From: Squalus acanthias | Taxonomy: Eukaryota | DNA length: 64,000 nucleotides | NCBI GenBank assembly: GCA_030390025.1 | Contig: CM059432.1 | Location: 97,714,001-97,778,000 of the forward strand | Direction of reading: 5' to 3' | In this document: piece after piece, positions 50,899-64,000 of the stretch | How positions within the stretch are numbered: the first letter of the stretch is position 1 | Layout of the letters: each line of letters starts with the position of its first letter | The notes under the pieces: generated by a model | The model's database searches: none | Told to the model about the DNA's origin: nothing | Seen by the model: only the letters and a program-made list of their open reading frames with translations | Made by a program: the position numbers and the translations under genes

Positions 50899-53800
50899 GG
50901 CCGGAATTTTCACCTAAGAGTTGGGGCGGGTGCTTGTGGGCCACGTAGCGGGTCGCCATCCCGAAGTTTTCAACAGTGCGTTCTGCACTGCGCGTTTAAC
51001 TGAATTGGATCAATTGAAACAGTCATGCAGGTTTCCTGGCCAATTAAATGGAGTGGTCTGATGACATCACCGATGACTCGCTTTCAGCTCAGATATTTAA
51101 AGGAGCCTTGCACACATCCCAGTTGAAGGTTGTTGGAGGAGGCGGCTATTGTTATATATCGAAGAGTTTTGTGTGGGTGCAAGCAAGGATGGAGTCACAG
51201 CGACAGAAGGCTGCGCCCACGTTCTCGGATGCCTCTCTGGAAGTCTTGGTCCTGGGAGTCAGAGCACAGAGGGAGGTTCTATTCCCTGGTAGTGGCAGGA
51301 AGAAACCAAGAGGGCATGGTTGGAGATCGTACAAGAAGTGAGCAGCAGGGATGTTGTCAGCCGCTGATTCAATGCCACAAGAGATTTAATGATCTCAAGA
51401 GGTGAGGAAAGGTGAGTACAATGCCACACTCAACTACAGCCTGATGTGCGTGTCACCCCAACCCCATCACTCTGCCTTCCCAAGCCTACTCCTGCATGTC
51501 ACTCCTCACACCGACCTACCTTGCAGGTGCACCCACCCCTCACTGTCTATGCACCTACTCACATCCCCATCTGACTAACCACCATTGACACGCACCCTCA
51601 GCCTAATGCAATCCTACAAAGTAACACCACAGAAGGAGGCCATTTGACAATGTCACTCCATTCCCTCATAGTCACCCTCTACAGATGTAGCCCGTACATC
51701 CCTTACACTCATTCCATCACTCTCACTCAAAGTTCTCTTCTTTCCCTCCTTGCAGGAGAAGAGAGCGCAGAACAGGAGAGAAAGAGAAAGAACCGGAGGT
51801 GGCCCTCCAATATATACAAATTTGACACCAGCAGAGGAGGATGCTCTCGAAATAAGTGGAGTGACAGGGCTGCTGGCGGTGGGAGATGGAGAGAGGGGGA
51901 CATCCCAGCAACCTGGTGACAGAATTAAATATCCAACATGGCATACGACAGTCACTCATGGTGACTGATGTCAGCAGCCAGTGAAATATCATCATGTGCA
52001 TAATAGTAACGTTAAACATTCTTATCATAAGAGTTTGAATTCATGTCTTTACTCTCCCACAGGTCCATCAAGTAACCCCTCCCCCCACTGTTCAGTCAGA
52101 GGAGGAAGACAACTCCTCAGAGGAAGCTCCAGTCTCTGAAGTTGCACCGTCAACAGACCCATGCGTACCCAACACCAGCGCAAATACGCGCACGCCTGCG
52201 AGACATAGAGTAGTGTTGTCACCTGGTGTCTCACACATCATAAGTGAGCAAGAGCAGATGGTGGAGACAGGGACAGCAGTAGAGAGTCCTCGGCAGAGGG
52301 CGCAGGACAATCCAAGCTCTGCTCAGCTGCATGTAGATGCTGAACCTTAGGGGCCGTCGACAAAGAGGTTGATCTTGGAGGAGCAGCAACAAATGCAGGA
52401 GGCTCTGACAGCTTTTCCAGCCGCAATGTGCACAATTGTACAGAGAATGGAGGAGTCCATCTCCAACATGAGCAGCACGATGGCGAAGAGGTGCTCTTCC
52501 ATGGAAAAAATGGCCACCTGCATGGAGCAGCTAATGCACCAGTTGAATGAGGACATGCTTGTTGTAAACAAAGATTGCAGATTCTTATTGACCTCATCTC
52601 TAGAAGGGATAGCAACGTAGACTTGGGCATTCATCACCTCACTGATGTGCAGCAAGGTGCTCTCCAGATCCTTTCTAGCAGAGATGTGCGGGTGGCCCAT
52701 GAGAGGGATGATGGTAAGAGGGCACATAGAAGTGGGGTCTCTGCTCAAAGCACTCCCACTTCTCCCCCTTTGCCTCCCCCTCAGCCAGAGCCCCACATGC
52801 TGCCTCAGATCCCGATGGCCGAGTCAGTTGCAGGAGGAGCAGTCTTTGGCGGGGCCCTCACAGGCCCTAAAACCCAGAGTTCATCTGTCAAAAGTGTCAA
52901 AGTAGTCGCAGCAGGGAAGTGAGGAGCTTGCCTCTACCTCTGCTGAAACCACAGGGGTTGCATCTCGTAGAAGCACCCAGAATAGAAAAAAGACAATCGT
53001 AGATGTACAAGGGTATGCACATGGGTTCTGGTTCACAAACACTCCTGGGTCATCTGGGGATGCCTTGGTGGCCATATGTGTGCAGTCAATGACGCTGTGC
53101 ACCTGTGGGAAGCCAGCCAAAGGTGTAAAGCCGAGCGCCCGCTCAGTAACACTGGCTTCATCAGTGGCAAAGTTTACATAAGTGTCTGACTTGTGAAACA
53201 TGGCATCAGTCACCTGGGTGATGCATCTGTGGGTGGCCAACTGCGAGATCCTGAAAATGTCTGCTGTAGATCCCAGAAAGGTGCCTGAGGTGAAGAAGTT
53301 GATGGCGGTGGTGACTTTGACAGCCACTGGTAAGGCATATCCACCAGGTCCTCTGGGCAGCAGGTCTTCTTCCAGCAAGTTACAAATATTTGCCATGACC
53401 TGGCACGATAGCCTGAGCCTCCTGAGGCACTGCTGTTCAGTCATGTCCAGGAAACTCATCTTCTGCCTGTATACCCTGTGATAGGGGTATCACCTCCGGT
53501 GTAGCGCACCCCTGTGCTGACCCCCTCTCTCCTGTGGAGCATCAGGTCAGTGAGGAGAAGGCTGCTGGTGTTGTTACTGCTGCTGCTGGTGTTGTTGCTG
53601 TTGCTGCTGGTATGGCTTGTGTTGTTGGTGCTGGGGCTCCTCTTGATCCGAATCTGAGGTCCAAGGTGAGACAGCATAAGCGGCACCCATGCTGATCTAA
53701 TAGATGGCAAGTAAAGTGGAGATCAGAGGCATAATCCTCCAATGTAGTGAGAGTGACCAGCAATGTGGTGAGAGCGGCTTCCGAGGTTGCAGAATTCCCT

Positions 53801-54236
53801 GCAAACTCCTAAAAGCTAAATCTGCACAAAATGGTGTCAGCAAGAGCCTTTCCCTTAGGCAAGGAAGCAGGTGTAAGGTGTCTGTATTTATGTGCTTTTT
53901 CCAGCTGTCACTTAATGAACTAGCACAATGGACACTGAGCTCCCACCTTGCCTTCACAGGCGAGCTTCCCGATGTCCGTGAATCCCATGCGCAACCAGCT
54001 AAAATTGAAACCTCACGTTAAAAAGGCTGTTCAGGGTCTCTAAATGAGCAGTTAACTACCTCAATAAAGTCACCCGCCTCTCCCGAGCGGGTCCGTGGCA
54101 CGCTTCGAAATGCGCCCCAGTTAAATGCGGAAGTCAGCGGGATGACGGCGGGTTCCCAATGCGCTGTCAATTTCAACGCTTTTAACTGCCGACCTGCTCC
54201 CAAACCCGCACGCACTGCAATGTGAAAATTCTGGCT
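50899..54236. mobile_element. Harbinger element with both TIRs and ATT target-site duplication
   Basis: GGCCGGAATTTTCAC ... GTGAAAATTCTGGCT (13/15 match); ATT on both sides; Myb-like + from 51189; HARBI1 - 53690-53023. Confidence 0.9.
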
Positions 54237-55474
54237 ATTGTCATTATCATGAGGGGCAGCCACATCTGTTATCACTCCTTGCAGTCCACTGGTCCAAGGC
54301 ACAGGCTTAGATGGACTGTGAAAGGGAATGCTCCCTCGCACCACAGATTTTTGGGGCCTCTGAATCTTCTCAGTTATATCACTACCAGTCACTGACTCAG
54401 AAAAATCTAATGATATCACTATACCAGCTTTCAGGTTTTGGAGCATCTGAGGACAAGTGAGCTCTGATTACCCTCAGTGAGTTAGTACTGTGACTGAGAC
54501 ATAGGGCAATGATGGACATGTTACTAATCAGAAAAATTGTAAATTTTCAATCACCTATTGTTGTTAAATCTCAAATCCTTCCTGTGACATTGCTGAGTGC
54601 ATATTATAAGCAACATGATATGGGGAAATAAATGATACTTGACACTATGAATGCCAGATTTGTTTGCTGTAGTATAATTGAATTTGCCAAATTTTTGAGG
54701 TATTTAGATGTGTACATGAATTGCGAATAATTTAGCACTAAATGTATCTTTTTCACTGGAGAACGAAGAAATAATTCATTCATGGGAAATGCATATTAAA
54801 TTAAACATTCACAATCAGACAGACATTCTAAAATGCTGCGACACTCCATTATTATAGCTGCCTTCACTAAATAACCATGGTTCATTTAAATACATGCAAT
54901 GTTCGCAGAAATTCAACCTTTGATTTTCCAGAGCACATTATCTCAGAAATGTGCAACTTTGAATTTATTTTCTGAAATGATGGGGGATGATTTCCTGTGT
55001 GACAAAATTGTTAATGTGTACTTTATAAACCGGTTACAATTTTGTTACACATAATGTATAGAGGAAATCTTTCCCCTTTATTGTTGATGTCTTGTTTAGC
55101 TTGTTTTCTTTCTTAAAATTCCATTGAAAATTGTGTTATATGGTGTTTAAATTGCCAAAAATCAATTTACAGCTGAATGCTTGAAATAGAAACCTCTTCT
55201 ATGTTCCAGTACTTTCCTTGATGAGCATAAAAATTCAGTTCAAACAACTTTAGAGGAAAATGTAATGTAATATTTATATGGGGTGTGCATTGAGATGAAA
55301 TAGGTATAGTCATTTGAAAATATATTCAAAAACTTTTAGATTGAACAGATGAATCAAAAACTGCATTTAGTGTTGAAAATATACAGGGTACAAGTATCAA
55401 AATGGCAAATATGATCAGAAAAAACAAGAGTATATCAATTGTTAATTAAGACAAGAATAATACCCCAAATTCTA

Positions 55475-55765
55475 CGTTCCTCCGAATCTGACCTCTTGTG
55501 CATTCTCTCCTCTCTTTGCTCACCATTGGCAGCTATGCCTTCAGCCACCTAGATCCCACAGTCTGGAATTCCCTTCTTAAACCCCACTGCCTTTCCACCT
55601 CCCTCTCCTCCTTTCAGACCCTCCTTAATACCTAACTCTGTAACCAAGGGTTACCCCTCCTAATATCTACTTCTTTGGCTCCGCATTCATTTTTTCGGAT
55701 TATGCCTCTGTGAAGCATCTTGGGACGATTTCTATCATAAAAGTGCTATATCAATGCAAGTTGTT
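55475..55765 (+). mobile_element. L2-like LINE 3' end
   Basis: YAFSHLDPTVWNSL; tail GTGCTATATCAATGCAAGTTG. Confidence 0.65.
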
Positions 55766-56022
55766 AATGTTGATAATGCAATATAATGGGATCTTCGCTA
55801 CTAATTGGCTTTTTTGATGTTTTTAATCCAATGGTGGTAGGTATCAGAGATAAAACCTATAGTGGATCTCCCTGATGGCAAACTGAATTTATCCAGCGAG
55901 TAGCTGAATCATACAGGTGTGGTAGGTCCCAGGTTTGATCCCTACTCTGAGTGTCAGCTTGGCTCCGAGCCTCTGAATCAAAATGTTGTGGATTCAAGCC
56001 CCATTTCAGGAGTTGAGTAGCT

Positions 56023-56155
56023 TTTATTGCCCATCCCTAATTGCCCTTGAGAAGGTGGTGGTGAGCCGCCTTCTTGAACCGCTGCAGTCCGTGTGGTGAA
56101 GGTACTCCCACAGTGCTGTTAGGGAGGGAGTTCCAGGATTTTGACCCAGCCATGA
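56023..56155 (-). mobile_element. 3' end of a second CR1-clade LINE family
   Basis: SWNSLPNSTVG...FKKAAHHHLLKGN*, followed by AATAAA. Confidence 0.7.
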
Positions 56156-58600
56156 TAAAGTGAATAGGAGTTATTCTTGTTAAAACTGAAGTACAGCCAA
56201 TTGATGAGGTAATACTTCGAAACATATGGATCCTCAAGTAACCAGAGTGAAAAAAATAAATAAAGAAGTATTTTTTGTACCATATTACCTTGTGGAATAA
56301 CATAAACTTATAAGCAAAAACACCCATTCCCTAACAAAATGATAGGCTGTTTATTATATAAAAAGGAGCATTAAAACATGTAACACATAGTGGCCCCAAA
56401 ATTCCTGGGGTTTGACAGGGCGTTAGAAAGTTATATTTAAGCCCCAGTGGGGTGGTGGTCTAGATCCCATTTCTGTCGGGATCCAACTACTTGGGACTGC
56501 CGCTAAATTCCAGTCAGGGTGGAGGGACTGTGGTGGATGTTCCATGGAGGAACAGTTGCCAAGGGTAGTTGCCAACACAAAATTGCAGGATACAGAGTCA
56601 ATGAACCGCTGAACCTTCAACGCAGTGAAAAAGAGGACTGAGCAGGTCATATCAGAGGGCTAACTGTATCCACAAAAGAGAAGAGACATTGGCCATTCTC
56701 ATGCCTAGCCTGCCCTCATCACATCACTGAACTCTTTCCTGCACTAGTCTGCAGCTCTGGGGGTGTGAGACGTCGTACACACAATCACTGCCACCTCCAC
56801 GTGGCTCTTGAGGTGCTTTTCTGAGGTCACCTCCCGTGGGCACCCAGCAGTCTTTCACTCCTTTGTTGCATTTCAACCAGGAGTATCTGAAGGTCAAACG
56901 CACTGCAGTTTTGGACTCTTCTTTTTGTCTCCTTCGAATTGTCTGCTTCCTTCTTTGGGTTCCTCAGCCATCTTCTCCTCCAGTAGAAGATGTTCTTTAA
57001 AAGTATCAGGAAATCTCATATGAGACATTTAAAACCACTAAGGGACACTAAATTCAGTCTTGCTTAAGGTTCACAACTTACCTGCTGCTCCTCTAGATTT
57101 CTGCTGAAATCTTAAAGTCATTGCTGATTTTTAAAGACTACACCTGAAGTTTCCTCTCCCTCCCCACAGCTCAGTACTCTGTGTTATGCAGGAGTTCTAT
57201 ACACCAACACCATTGCAAATGCAAATGAGCTGACCCTCCCAATTATGGGGCGGATAGCCCGCGGTGGATTGGCAGGCGGAAGTGCCGGCTGAATAGCGCC
57301 TCTTTCAGCTGGAAGAAGACAGCAGTGCAAACACATGGCGGAGCCTCAGCATAGGGAGCGAGCCTGCAGATTCTCTGATGTGGCTCTTGAGGCACTGGTC
57401 ATGGCCGTGGAGAGGAGGCGGGCTGTCCTCTTCCCACACACTGGCAGGAAGGCTCTGGCAGAAGATAGCCGCCTATGTGACGGCCAGCATCGTGGTCCCA
57501 AGGTCAGCCATCTAATGCCCTAAGAAGTTTAATGACCTCACACGGCAGGTCAAGGTGAGGAAGGCTTCAGAAAATGCCATATCCCACCATCTGCACCACA
57601 AGCCTCACACACTGCTCAATGCACCTCAGCCCCAGCACTCACCTACCAACAATCTCTACCTATCACCACTCACAATCAGAGCTTCACCTCACCCTCACAA
57701 CCTTACCACAGCTGCAACACTCACCCACATCTCAGACCTTACACATACTGACAGCTATTCAACTATGGCAGGCACATCACCCAAACACATTGCACCACAC
57801 TCACTCACACACTTCTCTTTCTCTTGCATAATTAGAGAGAGCAGCAACAGACAGGCGGGGGGCAAGCTGCCATTTACGACCTCAGCCAGCTGGAGGAGAG
57901 AGTGCTGGAGATCATGGGGCAGCAGATCATAGAGGTCGTGGCAACCGGCGAGGTTGAACCACTTAGGGAACAATGGAATGCTCATTCCTAATCCTTCTCC
58001 TCACATCCCACTTCCCCCTCATCCCACAAACTTTTCTCACTTTCAAGCTGCTGCTGCTGTAAGCATCCACATCTTGCTTCCCCCCGCTCCCCTCACCATA
58101 ACCCACTTGTGCCATTCTGCTTTCAGATAATCCAATCCAATCACCTGAGCAGCCTGTCCCCGATGCGATGCACGAGAGCGAGGGGGGAGAAGAAGACACA
58201 GCACCACTGCATCTCTTACTCGCAGACACCAGCTCAGAAACTGGCACTGCATGTAATTTAGAGGCTAGTATAGAGGCTGGATCTGCACAGGGTGAGGCAC
58301 CAGGCACGAGTGAGCTGCAGCAAGGCTGGGGGAAAGGGTAACTCAGGGACAAGCTCTCTGTAGGGCGAGTTTGCGCGCGAGTTCTGCTGTACAGGACTCA
58401 GATGAAGACCTCGATGGGGCGGCCTTCAGAAGAAGGGTGATGGGCATGCACACCGAATTGCTAGGTGCAATGGCAAGCCTGGCAGAGAGCCTCTTGGCAA
58501 TATCAAGGATCATGGAGGAGTCCGCCTCCAACATGGCACGGGGCTCTGCACAGAGCTTGGAGCCCAGAATTTCCAGGCTGAAAATTATGGAAGACTTCCG

Positions 58601-60455
58601 AATCAGAGAATAGAATCATAGAATGGTTATAGCAAAGATGGAGGACATTCAGCCCGTCGAGCCTGTACCGGCTCTCTGCAAGAGCACTTCAGCTAGTCCC
58701 ACTTCCCCACCTATCCCTGTAGCCCTGCAAATTTTTTCCTTCAGGTACTTATCCAATTCCCTTTTGAAAGCCACGATTGAACCTGCCTCCACCACCCTTT
58801 CAGACAGTGCATTCCAGATCCTAACCACTTGCTGCGTAAAAAGTTTTTCCTCATGTTGCCTTTGGTTCTTCTGCCAGTCACCTTAAATCTGTGTCCTCTG
58901 GTTCTCGACCCTTCCACCAATGGGAACAGTTTCTCTCTATTTACTCTGTCTAGACCCCTCATGATTTTGAACAGCTCTATCAAATCTCCTCTCAACCTTC
59001 TCTGTTCTAAGAGAACAACCCCAGCTTCTCCAGTCTATCCACGTAACTAAAGTTCCTCATCCCTAGAACCATTCTTGTAAATCTTTTCTGCACCCTCTCT
59101 AAGGCCTTCACATCCTTCCTAAAGTGCGGTGCCCAGAATTGGACACAATACTCCAGTTGAGGCCGAACCAGTGTTTTATAAAGCTTCATCATAACTTCCT
59201 TGCTTTTGTACTCTATGCCTCCATTTATGAAGCCCAGGGTCCCGTATGCTTTTTTAACCGCTTTCTCAACCTGCCCTGCCAACTTCAATGATTTGTGCAC
59301 ATATACCCCCAGGTCTCTCTGTTCATGCACCCACTTTAGAATTGTACCCTTTAGTTTATACTGCCTCTTCTTGTTCTTCCTGTGTCCTGGCCAATATTTA
59401 TCCCTCAATACACATAACAAAAACAGATTATCTGGTCATTATTATTGCTGTTTGTGGGAGCTTGCTGTGCGCAAATTGGCTGCCGTGTATCCCACATTAC
59501 AACAGTGACTACACTCCAAAAATACTTAATTGGCTGTGAAAGGCGCTATATAAATGCAAGTTTTTCTTTTTCTTTTTCCCTACCAAAATGTATCACTTTG
59601 CACTTTTCTGCGTTAAATTTCATCTGCCACGTGTCCGTCCATTTCACCAGCCTGGCTATGTCCTCTTGAAGTCTATCACTATCCTCCTCACTGTTCACTA
59701 TACTTCCAAGATTTGTGTCATCTGCAAATTTTGAAATTGTGCCCTGTACACCCAAGCCTAAGTCATTAATATATATCAAGAAAAGCAGTGGTCCTAGTAC
59801 CAACACCTGGGAAACATCACTGTATACCTTCCTCCAGGCCAAAAAACAACCGTTCACCACTACTCTCTGTTTCCTGTCACTTAGCCAATTCCATATCCAT
59901 GCTGCCACTGTCCCTTTTATTCCATGGCCATGGGCTTCAGCTTTTCTGGCAAGCCTATTATGTGGCACTTTATCAAACGCCTTTTGGAAATCCATGTACA
60001 TTACATCAACCACATTGCCCTCATCAACCCTTTCTGTTACCTCATCAAAGAACTCAATCAAGTTAGTTAAACACGATTTGCCTTTAACAAATCTGTGCTG
60101 GCTTTCCTTAATTAATCCACACTTGTCAAGTGACTGTTAATTTTGTTCCGGATTATCATTTCTAAAAGCTTCCCCACTACCGAGGTTAAACTGATTGGCC
60201 CATAGTTGCTGGGTTTATCCTTACATCCTTTTTTGAACAAAGGTGTAACATTTGCAATTCTCCAGTCCTCTGGCACCACCCCCATATCTAAGGAGAATTG
60301 GAAGATTATGGCCAGTACCTCCGTGATTTCCACCTTTACTTCACTCAGCATCCTAGGATGCATCCCATCCGGTCCTGGTGATTTATCTACTTTAAGTACA
60401 GCCAGCCTTTCCAGTACCTCCTCTTTATCAATTTTTACCCCATCCGGTGTCTCAA
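58601..60455 (-). mobile_element. CR1 LINE containing a SINE
   Basis: RT motifs and tail. Confidence 0.93.
59381..59575 (+). mobile_element. DeuSINE (SacSINE1-like)
   Basis: Deu-domain GCTGTTTGTGGGAGCTTGCTGTGCGCAAATTGGCTGCC; tail shared with L2. Confidence 0.75.
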
Positions 60456-61501
60456 CTACGTATTTGGCAGCATCTCAGAAGAGACCGTGTAGACCCAGAC
60501 ATGATGCTATGTGTGCTGGGCGATGTTGCGGCTGCCATTGAATCACAGGTGGAAGTGACCCAATGTTTTAGTGCTGCAGCGGAAGTGCAATCTGCTCTCA
60601 TGAACTCTCAGCTTGCTGCCACCCAAGCTCAGACTGCTGCCATCGTGCCTGGGTTTACCAGTGTCAACCAGGGCTTGCAGGGTGTTGCAGCAGCCCAGCA
60701 ATCTGTGCTCCAACAGATGGCTAGGAATGCTGAGGCGCCGCCCCAGATGGGGGTGGGTGGCAGTGGGTCAGTGGAGCGGGACCCTGCTGTCCTCTTCGAG
60801 GATGACAGCATTCCTGTTCGCACCACTGCCACACCACCATTGCCCTTGCCACTGCCTGTCAGTCTGCCAGCCAGCCCAGACTGCTGCCGCCCATGCCGAG
60901 GTAGTGCCGTCTACAGCCAGGCCTTCTAGGTCGTCCTGCAAGGCCATCTGAAGTCTCCCCCATAGAAACTTAACAGCCTTCCACCAGCCATGCAGCAACC
61001 ACTGGGGGAGCACTTCGTAGGAGCACTAGGACAGGAAAGGGCACCCGAACAACAGGCACTAAGGGATTGCACAGGGTGATTCGTTCATATCGTAAGTGTA
61101 AATATGTGTCAATTGATTTTTGATCAATTTATTAATTTTGTTTGGAATCTTTTGTGGTGGCTCTCATTTCAGCTTTGTACCCATGAGGACACTTCGATAT
61201 TCCGTGACAGAGGGATGGTACGATGGGGATGTGGTGAGCAATAGGTATCTGGGGTTTCATTCATTGGAATCGGAGTCTGATGAGGCATTCATGGACAGCT
61301 CGTCCGGAAGGGGGATTGGGTGCCTCCTCCCTCCCTCCTTGTCCTCTTCGTCGAAGATCGATGTGATGCAGTGCTATACAAATTCTTCTTTCATGTTTTA
61401 TCTACCTTTCTCAACTCAACTGAGATAAAGCTCTAAGTGTGCATAAAGTTAAAACAGTGCCTTAAGTTTCACAATTATAATTGTGAAAATGTTTCTTAAA
61501 C

Positions 61502-62919
61502 CAGGTCTGGAGCCAAGTGGTCATGGCAGATCCCAACTGAGCATCGGTGAGCAGGTTATTGGTGAGTAAGTGCCAGTTGATAGCACTGTCGACAACACCT
61601 TCCATCACTTTGCTGATGATTGAGAGTAGACTAATGGGGCGGTAATTGTCTGGGTTGGATTTATCCTGCTTTTTGTGGACAGGACATACCTGGGCAGTAT
61701 TCCACATTGTCGGTTTAGATGCCAGTGTTGTAGTTGTACTGGAACACTTTGGATAGAGGCGCGGCTATTTCTGAGCACAAGCCTTCAGCACAACAGCCGG
61801 GATGTTGTTGGGGCCAATAACCTTTGCTGTATCCAGTGCGCTCAGCCGTTTCTTGATATCATGTGGAGTGAATCAAATTGGTGATGGTGGGGACCTCAGG
61901 AGGATGGCAAGATGGATCATCCACTCAGCACATCTGCTGAAGAGGGTTGCAAATGCTTCAGTCTTGTCTTTTGCACTCGTGTGCTGGGCTCCATTATTAT
62001 TGAGGCTAGGGATATTCATGGAGCCTCCTCCTCCTGTTAGTTGTTTAATTGTCCACCACCATTCACGACTGGATGTGGCAGGACTGCAGAGCTTTGATCT
62101 AATATGTTGATTGTGGGATCGCTTAGCTCTGCTGTTCAGCAGACATGTAGTCCTGTGTTGCAGCTTCCCCAGGTTGGCACCTCATTTTTAGGTATGCCTG
62201 GTGTTGCTTTTCTGCAGTCCTCATTGAACCATGGTTGGTCCCGTGACTTGATGGTAATAGTAGAGTGAGGGATATGCCGGGCCATGAGGTTTCAGATTGT
62301 GGTGGAATACAATTCTGCTGCTGCTGATGGCCCACAGCGCCTCATGGATGCCCAGTTTTGAGCTGCTAGATCTGTTCTGAATTTATTCCATTTAGCACAG
62401 TGGTAGTGCCACACAACACGATGGAGGGTGTCCTCAGTGTGAAGACAGGACTTCATCTCCACAAGGACTGTGCAGTGGTCACTGCTACCAATACTGTCAT
62501 GGACAGATGCGTCTGCGACCGGTAGATTGGTGAGGACGAGGTCAAGTAGGTTTTTCCCTCATGTTGGTTCTCTCACGACCTGTCACAGGCCCAGTCTTGC
62601 AGCTATGTCCTTCAGGAGTCGGCCAGCTCAGTCAGTTGTTGTGCTTCCGAGCCACTCTTGGTGATGGACATTGAAGTCCCCCACCCAGAGTACATTCTGT
62701 GCCCTTGCTACCCTCGGTGCTTCTTCCAAGTGGTGTTCAACATGGTGGAGTACTGATTCATCAGCTGAGGGAGGGCGGTAGGTGGTAATCAGCAGGAGGT
62801 TTCCTTGCCCATGCTTGACCTGAAGCCATGAGACTTCATGGGGTCCGGAGTCAATGTTGAGGACTCCCAGGGCCACTCCCTCCTGACTGTGTACCGCTGT
62901 GCTGCCACCTCTGGTGGGT
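61502..62919 (-). mobile_element. CR1-clade LINE ORF2 fragment (endonuclease to RT start)
   Basis: TYRPPS, VGDFNVHH, NYRPISLLSIISKVME. Confidence 0.85.
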
Positions 62920-64000
62920 CATAAGAACATAAGAAATAGGAGCAGGATTAGGCCATTCGGCCCTTCGAGCCTGCTCCGCCATTCAATGAGATCATGGCTG
63001 ATCTTCTGCCTCAACTCCATTCACCGGCCCTATCGCCATATCCCTTGATGCCTTTACTAATCAGAAATCTATCGACTTCTGTTTTGAATACACCCAATGA
63101 CTGAGCCTCCATAGCCCTCTGGGGTAGAGAATTCCAAAGATTCACCACCCTCTATGTGAAGAAATTTCTTCTCATCTCAGTCCTGAATGGCCTACCCTTT
63201 ATCCTGAGGCTGTGGCCCCTGGTTCTAGACTCCCGAGCCAAGGGAAACATTCTCCCAGCATCCACCCTATCAAGCCCTGTAATAATTTTATATGCTTCAA
63301 TGAGATCCCCTCTCATTCTTCTGAATTCAAGAGAATACAGGCCTAGTTTACTCAATTTCTTCTCATACGACAGTCCTGCCATCCCAGGAATCAATCTCGT
63401 GAACCTTCGTTGCACTCCCTCTATGGCAGGTATATCCTTCCTTAGGTAAGGAGACCAAAATTGTACACAGTACTCCAGGTGTGGTCTCACCAAGGCCCTA
63501 TATAATTGGAGTAAGACTTCTTTACTCCTGTACTCAAATCCTCTTGTAATGAAGGCCAGCATACCATTTGCCTTCCTAATGGCTTGCAGCACCTGCACAT
63601 TCACTTTCAGTGACTCATGTAAAAGGACACCCAGGTCCCTTTGAGCATCTGCATTCCCCAATCTTTCACCATTTAGGAAATACTCTGCCCTTCTGTTTTT
63701 TCTACCGAAGTGGATAACCTCACATTTATTCACATTATAATCCATCTGCCATGTTCTCGCCCACTCACTGAGCCTGTCGAGATCCCCTTGAAGCCTCTTC
63801 ACATCCTCTTCGCAACTGACACTGCCACCTAGCTTTGTGTCATCAGCAAATTTGGAAATATTACATTTAGTCCCCTCATCCAAATCATTGATATAGATTG
63901 TGAATAGCTGGGGCCCAAGCACCGATCCTTGCGGTACCCCACTAGTCACAGCCTGCCATCCTGAAAAAGACCCGTTTATCCCTACTCTTTGTTTTCTGTC
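62920..64000 (-). mobile_element. CR1 LINE 3' part (runs off the window)
   Basis: Open RT frame; near-identical to 16714-17760. Confidence 0.95.

Larger units (their letters stand above)
56392..61350. mobile_element. Harbinger element; Myb-like gene (+, from 57335) split by CR1
   Basis: RERACRFSDVALEALV, KKFNDLTRQVK|gtgag; coding resumes ~60460 (VDPDMM..LGDVA). Confidence 0.75.

Noticed and set aside
55900..56015. tRNA-like B-box motifs
   Set aside because: Degenerate SINE heads; no cloverleaf.
1..64000. CRISPR arrays or prokaryotic operons
   Set aside because: Eukaryotic repeat landscape; no repeat-spacer array seen.

Overview
This is vertebrate nuclear DNA, most likely from a cartilaginous fish. 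That inference rests on shark-type CR1 LINEs, Deu-domain SINEs and Penelope repeats. No host gene is recognisable. Most of the window is a nested stack of decayed transposons: about 12 CR1 LINE pieces, about 8 Harbinger (HARBI1 + Myb/SANT) elements, a Penelope element, L2 ends, DeuSINEs and a G-rich minisatellite. The standout is a CpG-rich, minus-strand LTR element at 1-5685. It has a ~1.7-kb 3' LTR, a polypurine tract and an intact 783-aa envelope gene with a splice acceptor just upstream. The envelope looks like a class I fusion protein of the paramyxo/pneumovirus-F or lokiretrovirus type rather than an orthoretroviral Env, and carries an N-terminal Ig-like domain. No gag-pol is recognisable; the element has only an acidic repeat ORF and a nested-hairpin leader. 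A diverged solo LTR of the same family (30112-31806, TGTAA...TTACA, apparent 3-bp TSD) sits inside a CR1. Boundaries of decayed elements are approximate, and family assignments come from motif recognition, not database searches.
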